Made by a program: the position numbers and the translations under genes | The notes under the pieces: model-generated | What the model was told of the DNA's origin: nothing | Databases searched by the model: none | Seen by the model: the letters and a program-made list of their open reading frames with translations, nothing else | Shown: piece by piece, positions 1 to 11,325 of the stretch | Layout of the letters: each line of letters opens with the position of its first letter | How positions within the stretch are numbered: position 1 is the stretch's first letter | Assembly: GCF_902459465.1 (NCBI RefSeq) | Contig: NC_047062.1 | Coordinates: 30,690,001 to 30,754,000, forward strand | DNA from: Asterias rubens | Lineage: Eukaryota | Length of the DNA: 64,000 bases | Direction: 5' to 3'

Positions 1-823
1 GGCAGGCTTACTTCTGTGTTGTTATATATAAAGTTAACCTCCACTTGACACCAATTCAAATTTAAAATATTGTACCCTCAGACCAGGGCCCAATTTTGTA
101 GAGTTGCTTCAGCACAAAAAAGTAGCTAAGCATAAAAAATGATGCTTACTAGAATAAAGATACCAGCCAAAATAAGTTGTCCACATTTCTGTGACTGGTG
201 ACTGGTATCTTGCTTTCTTTTGCCAAGCACAAGATGATTTTGAAGTAGTATTTTCTGTTTGAAGATTTTGTTGTTGTTGAAATCTTCAAGCCTAATGATA
301 TTTATGATTCTGGGGTGTCGTGGCCGAGCGGATAAGAGCACCGAACTTAAGCTCTGGTGTTTCTGATCAGCAGAGTGTGGGGTGGAATCCCGGTCGTGAC
401 ACCTGTGTCCATGAACAAGACACTATACTATTATTGTTTCTCTCCACTCAGGGGTAAATGCACAAAATAACGAACCTGTGAAGATTTGAACTCAATTGGT
501 AGTCAAAATTGCGAGATTATAATGGAAGAAAAAACACCCTAGTCACACAAAGTTGTGTGCTTTCAGATGCTTGATTTCGGGACCTCAAAATCTAATTCTG
601 AAGTCTGGAAATCAAACTGAAATATTTTAGTGGAAAATTACTATGTTACTTCAGAGGGAGCCGTTTCACACAATGTTTGAAACTATCAACAGCTCTCCAT
701 TGCTTGTTTCCAAGTAAGATTTTATGCTAACATATATTTTGAGTAATTACCAATAGTGTCCAGTGCCATTAACTAAAACCAGCAACTTATCCCTCTTCAT
801 GTTTTTTTTCCTGCTATCGATAG

Positions 824-3498
824 ATGACAACAGAAGAAGGGTTTCCACCAAGTTTACTGTCATGGTTAAAGCCGGACTATGACCCTGCGAGATACGATAT
901 GTAAGTATTTCTGATTTTTTTGTATTTCATTTGTATTTTTTTATTCTGAGTGCAGAAAAGCGAACTTGATCCATTGGCATGTACATAGCCAAGAACCCAA
1001 TTGGGTCTCAAAATTCATCGCTGCAATAACCTGTCTTTCTGAAAGTTTATATAAACTCAGCGCCTTGAGTACCTTGTTTGGTAGATACGTGCGCTCTCTA
1101 AGACTTTGATCTTATTATTTTTAATGGAGACAAGGAAGAAGTTTCAGTTTTAAATGTGGGAGGAAGTATAATTCCAGGGAAAAACCCTGGAGTCGGGTAG
1201 GGACTGAAACCCAATCCACATAGTGCCCCTAGTGGGAATTGAACCGGGGTCCCAGAGGTGGAAGGCGAGGTAAGACACCACTTCACCAACCTGACCCAAC
1301 CAGTACCAACTTTATGATTCATAAAAGTAACACATTTTGCATGATTATCCACATTCTCAGAAAGCAACCTTCGAAGAGAAAACCCTCCACTTTGTTGGAC
1401 AGCATGTTTGCTGATCAAGCTGATGGCAAGGCATTGAAGACTGAGGCTGAGGAAAAAGAACATAGCCTGGAGGAGTCTCTGACAACCAAGGAACCTGTAT
1501 TGGACCTAGGAGGTAAGGAAAACCAGGCTTTATGTTTAAATCTGTTTTGGATGCCCTCAGAAAAACAGTAAAAAGGCATTATCAAATAGAGACCAGCAAC
1601 AAAGGGCTCGGTTGGTAGCGTGCATAGAGTTATATATAAGAACTAGAGGGCCCACAAACGCGACGGGACCGCAAGGAGACATGTGCGCCATTTTGTACAA
1701 TGAAATTTGTATGCGCGTTGACTGTGAAATACATGTTGTGTGTGTTGATAAACACACGCTATGCGATGCTGTTTTGTCAACTTACAAAATACCCGCATGC
1801 CGGGCCGCGTATATAGGGCAGTAGACCCTCTAGTTCTTGTATACAACTTTATGGTTGCAGGCCAGCATGTCATATGTATAGGTGCCATGGCCAAGGTGTT
1901 AAGAGCATCAAATTCTTGTGTCTGAGTCTTCAGGGTGTGTGTTCGAATCCTGGTCATGACACTTGTGTCCTTGAGCATGACACTAAACCATAGTTGCTTC
2001 TCTCCACCCAGGGATAAATGGGTAACTGTGAGGGCAGAGATGGTTTTTGTGATTGATTTAGCTTAGTGTGCTACATATTTGGCAGCACAGGCTGTATACT
2101 CCAAAGAGATAGTTTATGGAATTAAATAAAATGGCCCAGTGACCAGCCGTCGATTTCACAAAACTCTTCCTAACTTAAGACTAATCTTAGGACTTAGGAC
2201 GCGTCTCAACCCTGCACTGTAGCATGCAGACCTTAAGATTAATCCTAAGTCTAACTCGAGATAAGACAAGTTCTAGCTCTTTGTGAAATCCACCTCAGGG
2301 GTAATAATGTTGAAGGGCCTTGAGTATCACTGAGTGATGGACCTGAGCGCTATATAAGAAGCCACTACTATTATTAATATGTCACAGGTTCATGTCCTGC
2401 TGTAAGAATTGTTTCTTTTGTTCAACCCAAAGTTGTTTCTTAAAATTACCCCAGTGAGTTTCCTTTGGTTTATTACTTGAAGTAAATTTCATTTCAACTT
2501 CATTTGAGGGAAGTTGACTGAGGAGAGAAGAGAAGAAGGATACAAATTTACGTTCTATCAATTTGAAAACGAGTCGTCATATTAAAAATAATTTTGTTTA
2601 TTGAACTGCAGAGCCAGTGACTTTAGATGAGGTTGCTCTGAAGAGGTCAAAGGTCAAATTGAAGAGGAAGCGCTCAGAGAGTTTTATCAAAGGAGAGCTT
2701 GCGACAAAGCTATCTCGGTTTGAGAAAGACACGATTGCTGTGGACGCCAATGGAATAAATGCACCACGTGTTCAGTTAGAGGATGATGATGATGAGAGAG
2801 CTGCAGAGAAAGAACATACGTTAAATAACAAATCTGAAGACACAAGAGATGCTCATCCTAAGAAAAAGAGAAAAGGATTTGAAAAGCGTGAAAATGAAAC
2901 GACCATTGTTGAGGAGGATGAAACATCTGTACCGGTCAGGAAGAGACTTAAGAAACTCCTGAAGCATGGCATCAAGAAGAAATTGAAAGAAACGATACGC
3001 AAGAATAAAGGAGAAACTGCTGTGACAGAGCAGATGGTACATTGTGAATCTGAAGACATGGGAGATGCTCATTCTAAGAAAAAGAGGAAAAGATTTGAAA
3101 ACCTGAGGGACAAATTCCGATTGACAAAGAAAAAGAAGAAGGATAGAGAAGGTCTTAGTCAAGATGTTAAACAAACAGAAAGTCAAGCAACCAAAGAATC
3201 TGTAAAGCAACAGAACCATCAGAAGCTGGTTCTTAAAAAACTAAAGAAGAAGAGTAAAGGATTGATCAGTAAAGAAGTGCAGGAACTAGACTCGTCACCA
3301 TCAAGGACAGTTAATGCACAGTGGGGCGGGATCAGCCAAGATGCATCTCCCGGAGGCAGTGATGTTTTGGAGAAAGGATGCAGGTCAAAGAAAGTGAAAG
3401 CATCCGCCCTGGTGTGTGAACTTGACAAGATAAGTGAAACCAAGTCGCTAACAAGTCGGACCTCGGATATTGACGACATATTTGCCTGTTTGGAATGA
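824..3498 (+). CDS. NEPRO: 3' exons of a Lys-rich nucleolar protein, NEPRO/C3orf17-like; upstream exons probably lie left of the window
   Basis: Exons 824-900, 1361-1512 and 2612-3498 join in frame through GT-AG sites (phases 2 and 1): MTTEEGFPPSLLSWLKPDYDPARYD-IKQPSKRK...VLDLG-EPVTLDEV...SDIDDIFACLE*. Three motifs match my recollection of vertebrate NEPRO: FP..L..WL...Y, DLG[EQ]PV and the terminal DIDDIFA. The name is not database-verified. Confidence 0.65.
1165..1292 (-). mobile_element. tRNA(Gly)-like SINE; second copy at ~59900-60030 (+)
   Basis: The two copies are reverse-complement homologs with A/B boxes but no paired acceptor stem. Confidence 0.65.
1623..1853. mobile_element. 231-bp MITE with ~33-bp TIRs beginning CATAG (P-element-like termini)
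   Basis: CATAGAGTTATATATAAGAACTAGAGGGCCCAC versus GTAGACCCTCTAGTTCTTGTATACAACTTTATG. The TSD is decayed, so the superfamily call is tentative. Confidence 0.65.
1883..2375 (+). mobile_element. tRNA-derived SINE (interrupted by a MITE at 2147-2295)
   Basis: A-box TGGCCAAGGTG and B-box GTTCGAATCC, then a shared body and A/T-rich tail. Related heads lie at 312-460 and 55795-55960; the 3' part is at 55195-55290 (minus). Confidence 0.75.
2147..2295. mobile_element. Palindromic Harbinger-like MITE (GATTTCAC..GTGAAATC family) with CAG TSD, inserted in a SINE
   Basis: CAG-CCGTCGATTTCAC...GTGAAATCCACCT-CAG. The empty site is seen in another copy of the same SINE at 55229-55250. Other copies lie at 7486-7656, ~8660-8780, ~22675-22840, 32083-32405 (two), ~42650-42820, 52250-52625 (two) and 60271-60417. 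Confidence 0.8.
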
Positions 3499-3729
3499 GA
3501 GAATACTGGTATGATAAGACTTTGATGCAATTTTTATTGACCTGTGAAATGTACAATATTTGTGTAGGTCCAGCCCCGAAGGAGTGGGTTAAATCTGATT
3601 TGAAAAGGAGCAAAGGGAAGAACATATTTTTTATCAGTATTATTATAGTTCCAAATACTCACATATCTGCCCACAACATGGCGTCTGGTAACAGTAAACA
3701 TAAATGTAATAAATATAGCAATTATACCG

Positions 3730-4045
3730 AAGTCTTATATAGCGCACGTATAAACAAGGTACTCAAGGCGCTGAGTATATACAAACTTTCAGAAAGATAG
3801 GTTATTGCAGTGATACATTCTGAGACCCAATTATGTAGACGACGCATACAGCAGCCACAGCCAGGAACACCGGGGCGAACCCCTTCTCTTTTCGATAAGT
3901 GCACTGGGTTCTTTTACATGCGTTACACAACACATGGGACCAAAGGCTCTACGTCCCGTCGGAAGGATAAAGCAATGGGTAAATGGCTTGCTTTTAAAGG
4001 ACACTAGTGTCACAGCTGGGGATTCGAACCAACACATGTGTGGGG
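3730..4045 (-). mobile_element. tRNA-derived SINE with a conserved central domain
   Basis: B-box GGTTCGAATCCC at ~4020-4031 (minus), core ...GTAAAAGAACCCAGTGCACTTATCGAAAAGAGAAGGGGTTCGCCCCGG..., tail GCGCTATATAAGAC. Copies lie at about 6740-7010(-), 25900-26200(+) and 47270-47625(-), with tail fragments at 1030-1100 and 16215-16615. Confidence 0.8.
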
Positions 4046-4869
4046 GGTGTTTTGATTAAGTCGGGATCTCGACACTACTTCATTATTTAGATTTTTAATT
4101 ATCTGCCACTTGGCTTTGGCAGATTGTTTCTTGCAATACCGTAAACGAAAACTTGTAACTTGATTGAATCTATGAAAATATGAATTTGAAATTTAAATCT
4201 AAATGTTCGCATAAAACCCACAAAGAAATGGATCTAGCATCTTAAAAGGAAAAGGATACTCCGTTGAATTTTTGTAATCAAGTAGATATTTACAATAAAA
4301 GTAACCTGTGAACATTTCTTTTCAAAAAGATGATATATGTATGTATATCTTTTTTGAGATATCGCAGTCCCGTCAAAATAAAAAGAGCCATACAAGAGGT
4401 CAAAAAGGGTGGTAGTAAAGGTCACAAAGGGTCATTGTAAAGGTCACATAGGGTCCCTGAAAGATACAAAGACTTATTGTTGGGACCCATACTAAACATT
4501 AGGTACAGATGTAAATACAATTTGTATTTACAAATATTTCTGGCATTTTGCGTGGGCAGTAAGCAAAAGTAGTTGGTTTTTTGTTGTTTTTTAAACTCGT
4601 TCTAATAAAAATGAGAATAACTTTGGTCTTTCACCAAAAAATTTAGCATTGCAACTTTGAAAAGTGTACCAACAGTCTCTTAGAAATCAACAAAAGTTAG
4701 GTCTTAGCCTAAACTTATGTTGAATGTAACGAAAAGTTAAAACGGATCAAGAAAATTGTCATAGTCCGTGAATAATTGTCACAAATTTTGTTACCAGACC
4801 ATCAATATTTTTTTCCCCACAGTAGAAATGTGTAAGATTTGTTGCCCTTCTTTGATGTATGTAATCATA

Positions 4870-5280
4870 AAAGAAATGCCGCTCATCGTACTAATAGACT
4901 GGTCCCCTGTCCTTAGGATAAGGACATGTATTGGCTTTGTATGTATACACATGTACGTCAAATTTAACTGCGAATATCAAGAACCATGAACCATGTAAAA
5001 TGATGCGAGGGCAAAGGTGATTATGTAGTGGGCTCAACGGCAGATCTCTGGCGTTTTTTATTATGTAGGTATGCATACAAAAAATGCTATCGCCCTGATA
5101 GACTGGTCCCCTGTCCTTAGGATAAAGACATGTGTTTGCTTTATATGTACACATGTACAGTGTATACACATGTGCATGTACGTCTGTTTTAACTGCGAAT
5201 CTCCAGATGAAAGCCATGTGAAATGATGCGAGGGCAAAGGCGATTATGTACGTGGGCTCAACGGCAGATCTGTGGCGTAA
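4870..5280. repeat. ~205-bp tandem duplication (2 diverged copies) ending at a ...TGACGTCAGATGTTCAGGCTA element end
   Basis: ATAGACTGGTCCCCTGTCCTTAGGATA and ATGATGCGAGGGCAAAGG...GGGCTCAACGGCAGATCT each occur twice. Confidence 0.85.
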
Positions 5281-6069
5281 TTCACGAGCCTCGAAGTGTG
5301 ACGTCAGATGTTCAGGCTACGGTCCTGACGGTTATTGCACTGTCTAGTTCGGCTCTTGACTAGTTTTTGTATCATTAGATATAGTGTAATGAAACCAAGG
5401 ATGCCTCATAAGTAAAGTCAATCACAATAGCCACAAGCCTGAGGAAACCTGTTTGCGAAAGTATAAACGAAGAGGAGTACGAATCATGATGCAGTTATAC
5501 CATAGAGTCAGGACCACTCGATGGTTATACCAACGGTGTGTGTTTGGCTACCAGTTTATGCCACTCGGTGCCAAGAAATTAATCACTTACTTTTAGTTGT
5601 TATATGAAAAACGTCTGCTGTAAACGATGACACACACAAACAGAAAAGTTTTCCCCGCCTTCCAAACTAAAACATCTCGTTGCCATAACACTTAACCCAT
5701 CCCCATTACTTCACATTAAGTGTAGGCGCCATTGTTTGCACAACCCTCCCAAGGTTGAGCCCTCCCATAGGCGGATATCATCCGGTCACGTGTCTTTCGT
5801 CCAATTAGGGAACGCCTAATATGCTGATATACTTTCGATAGCGCGGTTATGGAGGGATGTACCCTTTTCCGGTCTACTGGTATCCTGTAAAAGAAAACGG
5901 TTGTTTACTACAAAGTTTTTACTAAAAATATAAATGAAAGATGTTGGGAAATGCGTCAATTGATGAGCTTGTTATGATTCACCCCAAAAATAGACCGTAC
6001 TAGCCCAACTCTGTTTGGCTGAGGTGCGCCGTTGCACACTCAGGCAAGAATTACATTGCACTACTTTTA

Positions 6070-6340
6070 GGCTGTGTTCACCCCCGTCGTGTAGACACCA
6101 TTCGTGTATATTTCTTGCAGTTCTGGTCCATGTTGTTCCTGTAAACCCTGATGTCCCTGTATAAACCCTGATGTCATCTCCATCTCAATCTTCTTCTCTG
6201 TCTACATCTTTTCTTTTCCCTGTCCCGGTGGTTGTCAATCCATAATTCCCGTTGTCCATCTGTTGCCATTTCTTCGGGCAGTGTGTCCAGCCCACCTCCA
6301 TTTTAGCCAGGTTCATTGTCCTAACACTGCACAACCCTTT
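6070..6340 (-). mobile_element. RTE-clade LINE 3' fragment (decayed)
   Basis: The minus frame reads KWRWAGHTARRNGNRWTTGIMD*QP, matching the RTE/BovB ORF C-terminal motif WxWAGHxxRxxxxRW...W.P; it contains stops. Confidence 0.75.
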
Positions 6341-7485
6341 GCTTATTAGAGATACCACATTATTGTTGTTATGTAACTGGAGTCACGGTGTTGACATTTC
6401 TTTTAGTGTGTCTCTCCTGAGGGAGTCTCAGCTTGGTTAACGATGATGTGTGTACACCGTCAGTCCATTTGTTCAAGTTCTCTTGTTTTATCCCACTCTC
6501 TTAATGTCCGAGTGGTGTCAGTTTCGTTATTTTTGGGAGTGAAAGTCAATCTGTGTCGCTCTTTTTGAGTGAAATTTGAACAAACTTCACACTAAATCGA
6601 GTTGAAAGTACCCGTCTTTCACTCTTTAAAGAGTTGTACGCCATATGGCTCTTTGCAATAGTGGTATGGCGGAAACGAGTGGTTTTTCACTCTTTTACAT
6701 TTAGAGAGCAAAGATACGTGATATAATATAATAATATTAAGTCTTATATCTACCAGCAAGGTACTCAAGGCGCTTAGTATATAATATACATTTTTACAGA
6801 AAGAGAGGTTATTGAAGTTATGATTTCTGAGACCTAATTATGTAGCACTTAGGTGCTATAAGGCGCATACAGCAGACACATCCAGAAACACCGGGGCAAA
6901 CCCCTTCTCTTTTCGATAAAGTGCACTCTGTGGACGAAGCATTAATGTTTTAGTGTCTTGCTTATGAGGACACAAGTGCCACGACTGGGACTCGAACTTA
7001 ACCCACAATCCGATGCAATTGTTACATCATTTAGACCGATAGGCCTACATTGAAGGCCGAAAGTACTGATGCTAAACACACATCGGTGTAAGTGTTTAAA
7101 CAAAAATATATATATAATTTTTTATTCTCGATGCAAATTTAAAATCTATTAAACCATTGTTGTACCCGCTGCTAAAACCTAGGATTCGAACTGCCTCTAA
7201 GCTAGCGTCCAATCTCGGTGGTCAAGTTCGTATGACACTGCTCTAGAAATAGAATTGCAAAGGTCGTTGGTTCGAATCCCACCCGAGTAATATGCCTGTT
7301 ATTTTTTTTCACAACTCGGGAAAGTACTGAGTACATGTATACAGTGCTAACACACATGAATTTTGTGTAAGGGTGAACAAAACAAAATAAATATCTTTAT
7401 CCGCGATGCAAATTTAACATCTATTGTGGTTTATATTGATATCTATTTAAAAAGGCCGAAATGTTCGTGTTTGAATATACACCTT

Positions 7486-7656
7486 GGGTGGATTTCACAA
7501 AGGTAGTCCTAACTTAGGACTAGTCCTAGGCAAGGCTAAGAGATAGGACCAGTCCTAAGTTAGGATGAGTTACTGGTCCTAACTTAGGACTGGTCCTATC
7601 TCTTAGTATTGCCTAGGACTAGTCCTAAGTTAGGACTACCTTTGTGAAATCCACCC
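7486..7656. mobile_element. Near-perfect 171-bp palindromic MITE (same Harbinger-like family)
   Basis: GGGTGGATTTCACAAAGGTAGTCCTAACTTAGG...CCTAAGTTAGGACTACCTTTGTGAAATCCACCC; arms of about 80 bp with few mismatches. Confidence 0.85.
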
Positions 7657-8866
7657 GATCGTGTTTTTTCTGCCTTAGACATCAACAAATGTTTACAAAA
7701 CAAGCTGTCATTTGGTTCACTGTTACTCACTTGTTTATTTATTTGGATTTCTGTTTAATGTTTACTTTGGAGGAAAGAAATATCCCACAATTTGGAATCT
7801 GGTTACGCCGCGAAGAGCTGATACGCGCACGATTGCGGATGTTAGGCCTAATTAAATTTTCCTGGAAGCCATTTTGTTTTTTTCCGGGTATGAAAATATG
7901 ACGTTCCACCAATTCCGCATTTTTGTTATGATTGCATTAAACCTCACAAACGAAACGTCATGCCTTTAACTTTTTGTTTTGCGTTTATACAATAGTTCCC
8001 TTTTGGTAGTTGTTTGCGACAGGTAGTTCTATTTTCTCAATCAGTATTTCGTCGGATGTGTTTGTTTTGTAACGTTATTGTGGAGTTTTAATAACTGACA
8101 CTCGTTGACTTGTAATTGTGTATGACCACAGAAGTTGTTTTTAAAAACGTGCATACATTTCGTATGAAACATTTGCTGAGATGTTTTTTTCTTCAATCAT
8201 CTGAGCGAAACCCTCAACCATGATTCAAATGGTTTGAGCATGTGCTCCTGTGTGTTAACACAAACCAAATTATCATTTTCGCTCTTCGTACGTTAAGTTC
8301 AAGAAAGAAAGTTACTTCACTTCAATCCAGCCGATTATTCAAAACACAAAGCGAAGAAAAAACTATCTTAAAGGCACTGGACACGTTTGGCAAAGACCAG
8401 TCTTCTCACTCGGAGTACCCCTTCATAAATGCATGAAATAACTAACATGTGAGCATTGGCTCAACTGGTCTTCAAAGTTGCAAGAAAATAATGAATGCAA
8501 AAACACCCTTGTGTGCTTTCAGACGCCTGGGAAAGGCTTCAGGCCTGAAGTCTTTCTGAGATTGTTATGTCAGTGAGAAATTATCTCTTTCTCAAAAACT
8601 ATACGTCAGAGGGAGTCGTGTCTCACAATGTCTTATCAACAGCTCTTCGGTGCTCGTTTTTCACAAAGATAGTCCTAACTTAGGCCTATGTCCTAGGAGT
8701 TAATCAAAGCTTAAGGCTGGTCCAAAGTTAGGAGGAGTCACTCGTCCTGACTCGAGATACCACTTTGTGAAATCCATCCCAGTGCCTTTTAACTGGTATC
8801 CAAGTCAAAATGCATGAAGTTATAGACGTAGAGATGGGAAAGATATTGTTTGACCTGTATGAACCC

Positions 8867-9049
8867 TAGACTTGGTTCAAGTCCCGTTCTCGTGTGAGAG
8901 GTCCGTCATAAGCATATCGCGCCTATATAGCAAACAACCCGTATAGTGCGAGCTCGCCGTCAAAATCATGGTCCCGAGAATAAGTTGGAAATGCAGATCA
9001 TCATAAGTTTTCTGGCTATGGTGCGAAATCGGGACTTGAGTCAAGTCTA
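8867..9049. mobile_element. 183-bp TIR element, TAG..CTA termini, 9-bp TSD
   Basis: TATGAACCC-TAGACTTGGTTCAAGTCCCG...CGGGACTTGAGTCAAGTCTA-TATGAACCC. A second copy lies at 23900-24068 and a solo end at ~31765-31785. Confidence 0.85.
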
Positions 9050-9283
9050 TATGAACCCCGGATACAGTCAGCCACTGTTGAGTTTAGAGACAACGAACTT
9101 TACTGGCTTGAACACTCTGCCAATATTAAAATTTCACTTCAAGCAACACTCATCAACGTGCCAAGTCATGTGAGGCTTTGTCATCGCAAAAACAAAAGAC
9201 AACCCCGGCTGTTGTTGCTGTTTAAAATTCATTGCGGTTTATTTTTTTGGGGGGACACCAATTTTGAAGAAAAAAAACTGCGA

Positions 9284-9492
9284 GGGAATCCCGGAAGGAT
9301 GCGTTAGTCACATCTATCAGAGGACAATCCCCAAACCGCAGAACTGAGTCACTGTACCACAGATTCCAAGCAAATATAAACAGGAGGCAAATCCTGAACC
9401 CTGGCAGAACTTTAGAACTCGGACAGTGCGACGCTTCGGTTTGGTGAAGAGATCAACTTGAGCGGAACTTCCAGCTGCACTTTTTTAAATTG
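9284..9492 (+). promoter_or_regulatory. Putative core promoter and non-coding first exon of the ATF3-like gene
   Basis: kB-like GGGAATCCC at 9284, ETS core CCGGAAG at 9291, AP-1-like TTAGTCA at 9304, perfect AP-1 TGAGTCA at 9345-9351, TATAAA at 9375-9380, donor TTG|GTAAGT at 9493. The next acceptor is at 11305, 20 nt before the ATG. Confidence 0.55.
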
Positions 9493-9730
9493 GTAAGTTG
9501 ATTGTTATTATGGTAAAGGAATCGGTATAGGCTTATACTTGCAACATTAATTCTTTAAGTTACTTCAGGATACCATGCACTTGTGTTTAATAGTGACTAC
9601 TTGTCAATTAAATTGGTAAGTTGATTGTTATTATGGTAAAGGAATAGGTATAGGCTTATAATTGCAACATTAATTCTTTAAGTCACTTCGGGATACCATG
9701 CACTTGTGTTTAATAGTGACTACTTGTCAA
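9485..9730 (+). repeat. 123-bp tandem duplication (2 copies) including the ATF3 exon-1 splice donor
   Basis: Units 9485-9607 and 9608-9730 are nearly identical; GTAAGT occurs at 9493 and 9616. Confidence 0.95.
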
Positions 9731-11325
9731 AAGTTTTCGAACTTCGTACCCAATTGCCTTCCTCCATGTTCGTATTATGCATAACTTTCTGACCGCTAGT
9801 CTAGCTAAAACTTGGCGACATGTTATACAGTTATGGACACTATTCTTAATTGCTCAAAACAATTGTTAGCATACAAAACTACTTGGTGAGAAAGGCTCCC
9901 TCTGAAGAGTAGTGCGGTTTTTGAGAAACAGGTTATTTCTCACACAAATAATAAAATATTTCAGCTGAAGCCTTTTATTATGCATCTGAAAGCTCACAAA
10001 GTTGGGCAACAAGGTGTTTTTTTTCTTTCATTTCTCTTGCAACTCTGATGACCATTGAGCAAAAATGTTCACATTTTTTTTTTTTTTGCATATGATGGGA
10101 TAAATCAATTGAGAATACTGGTCTTGACAATTGCCAAACGTGTCCAGTGCCTTCAAAAAGATACCAAAAATAGAATCAAAATTTACAACATGTTATGATG
10201 TTAAAATGCCATCAAATCCTTCCAATACAATTACATTGGTGATAACACCGTGTGGTGTTGAATCTCTCCGGTTTATGTGACAACACCAATGCTGTCGAAT
10301 TCTAACACCCCATGTTTTTTTGCAGTGAAGGCTTTAATAAGCAATTTCAGATGTGTCATGTACAAACAAAACGTATTGGTTTGGGAAGTTATTGCATTAG
10401 AAAGAACAACAGATCGATTATGCAGGTTGCATTCAGGGCCAGGTAGCGGGTTACACAAAGTTCGGCAAACGTGAACTCGCACACTGATGTCAATGTAGAC
10501 CTTGTCTTTACCCGCAAGGATGGAGGCAGGTACTGGTCTTATCAATCCCAATGATTTATTGGATGAATAAACGTGCAGTGACGTAGAAGTTGTCCATATC
10601 TGCGTTTTGATTGGTCCAAGTTGATCTCATTCACTGATGTCAACGTAGATCGGTCCCTTGGACAGGTACTTGCTTTTCAGAATCAGTGATCAAATTGAAT
10701 AATATGATCATTTAATTGGATAATTGGCAGTGACGTAAGCATTTTGTATCTGTGTTTTGATTGGTCCGCCGAGGTGACGTTTGACAGCAACACTTGGGGT
10801 CGTCTGCTCATGATGAATCTAAGTGAAAAGTGAAGATGACCTACGCTAGAGGCCACTCTCTGGCGTTATGCACGAGTTTTGAAGCGTCAGATGTTCTGTC
10901 TATAATGTCAATGTACCTTTATAATGATGCCCTCTACATGCTATTGTCTATTTCCGGAATCCAAAAACCCTTAATATGTTTTGCAGACGTGATTTGTTTA
11001 ACATGGCCCCGGGAGGTCACTTAAAGGTTTGTGTAGTCTTCATTGCCGACACTGTTTTTTTGTATACTAGTCCTCGATAGAGGGCGCGGCATCAACTGTT
11101 TTGGAGACTGACTCGGAGGGACTGTCAAGTCTATGAACTTAGCTCGATCATTTTGATCTAGATGTTTGTGTGATACAGATATCTCTGCTCCAGTAATTCA
11201 TGTTAAACATCTATTATTTGTTAAAAAAAGATTCGTAAAAAATAATGAGTGTACACTTTCATCAACAAAGTGACGTCAAACAAATCATGTTTAATTTTCT
11301 TTCAGGAGATAGCATTGAAACTAAC

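Noticed and set aside
2821-3530. Minus-strand ORFs opposite the NEPRO-like exon; likewise antisense ORFs at 11262-11627, 49731-50159 and 59658-59840
   Set aside because: Shadow ORFs of real coding exons.
11075-11090. TAGAGGGCGC CTCF-like half motifs (also ~31831 and ~36145)
   Set aside because: Only the 3' half of the consensus matches; cannot be distinguished from chance by eye.
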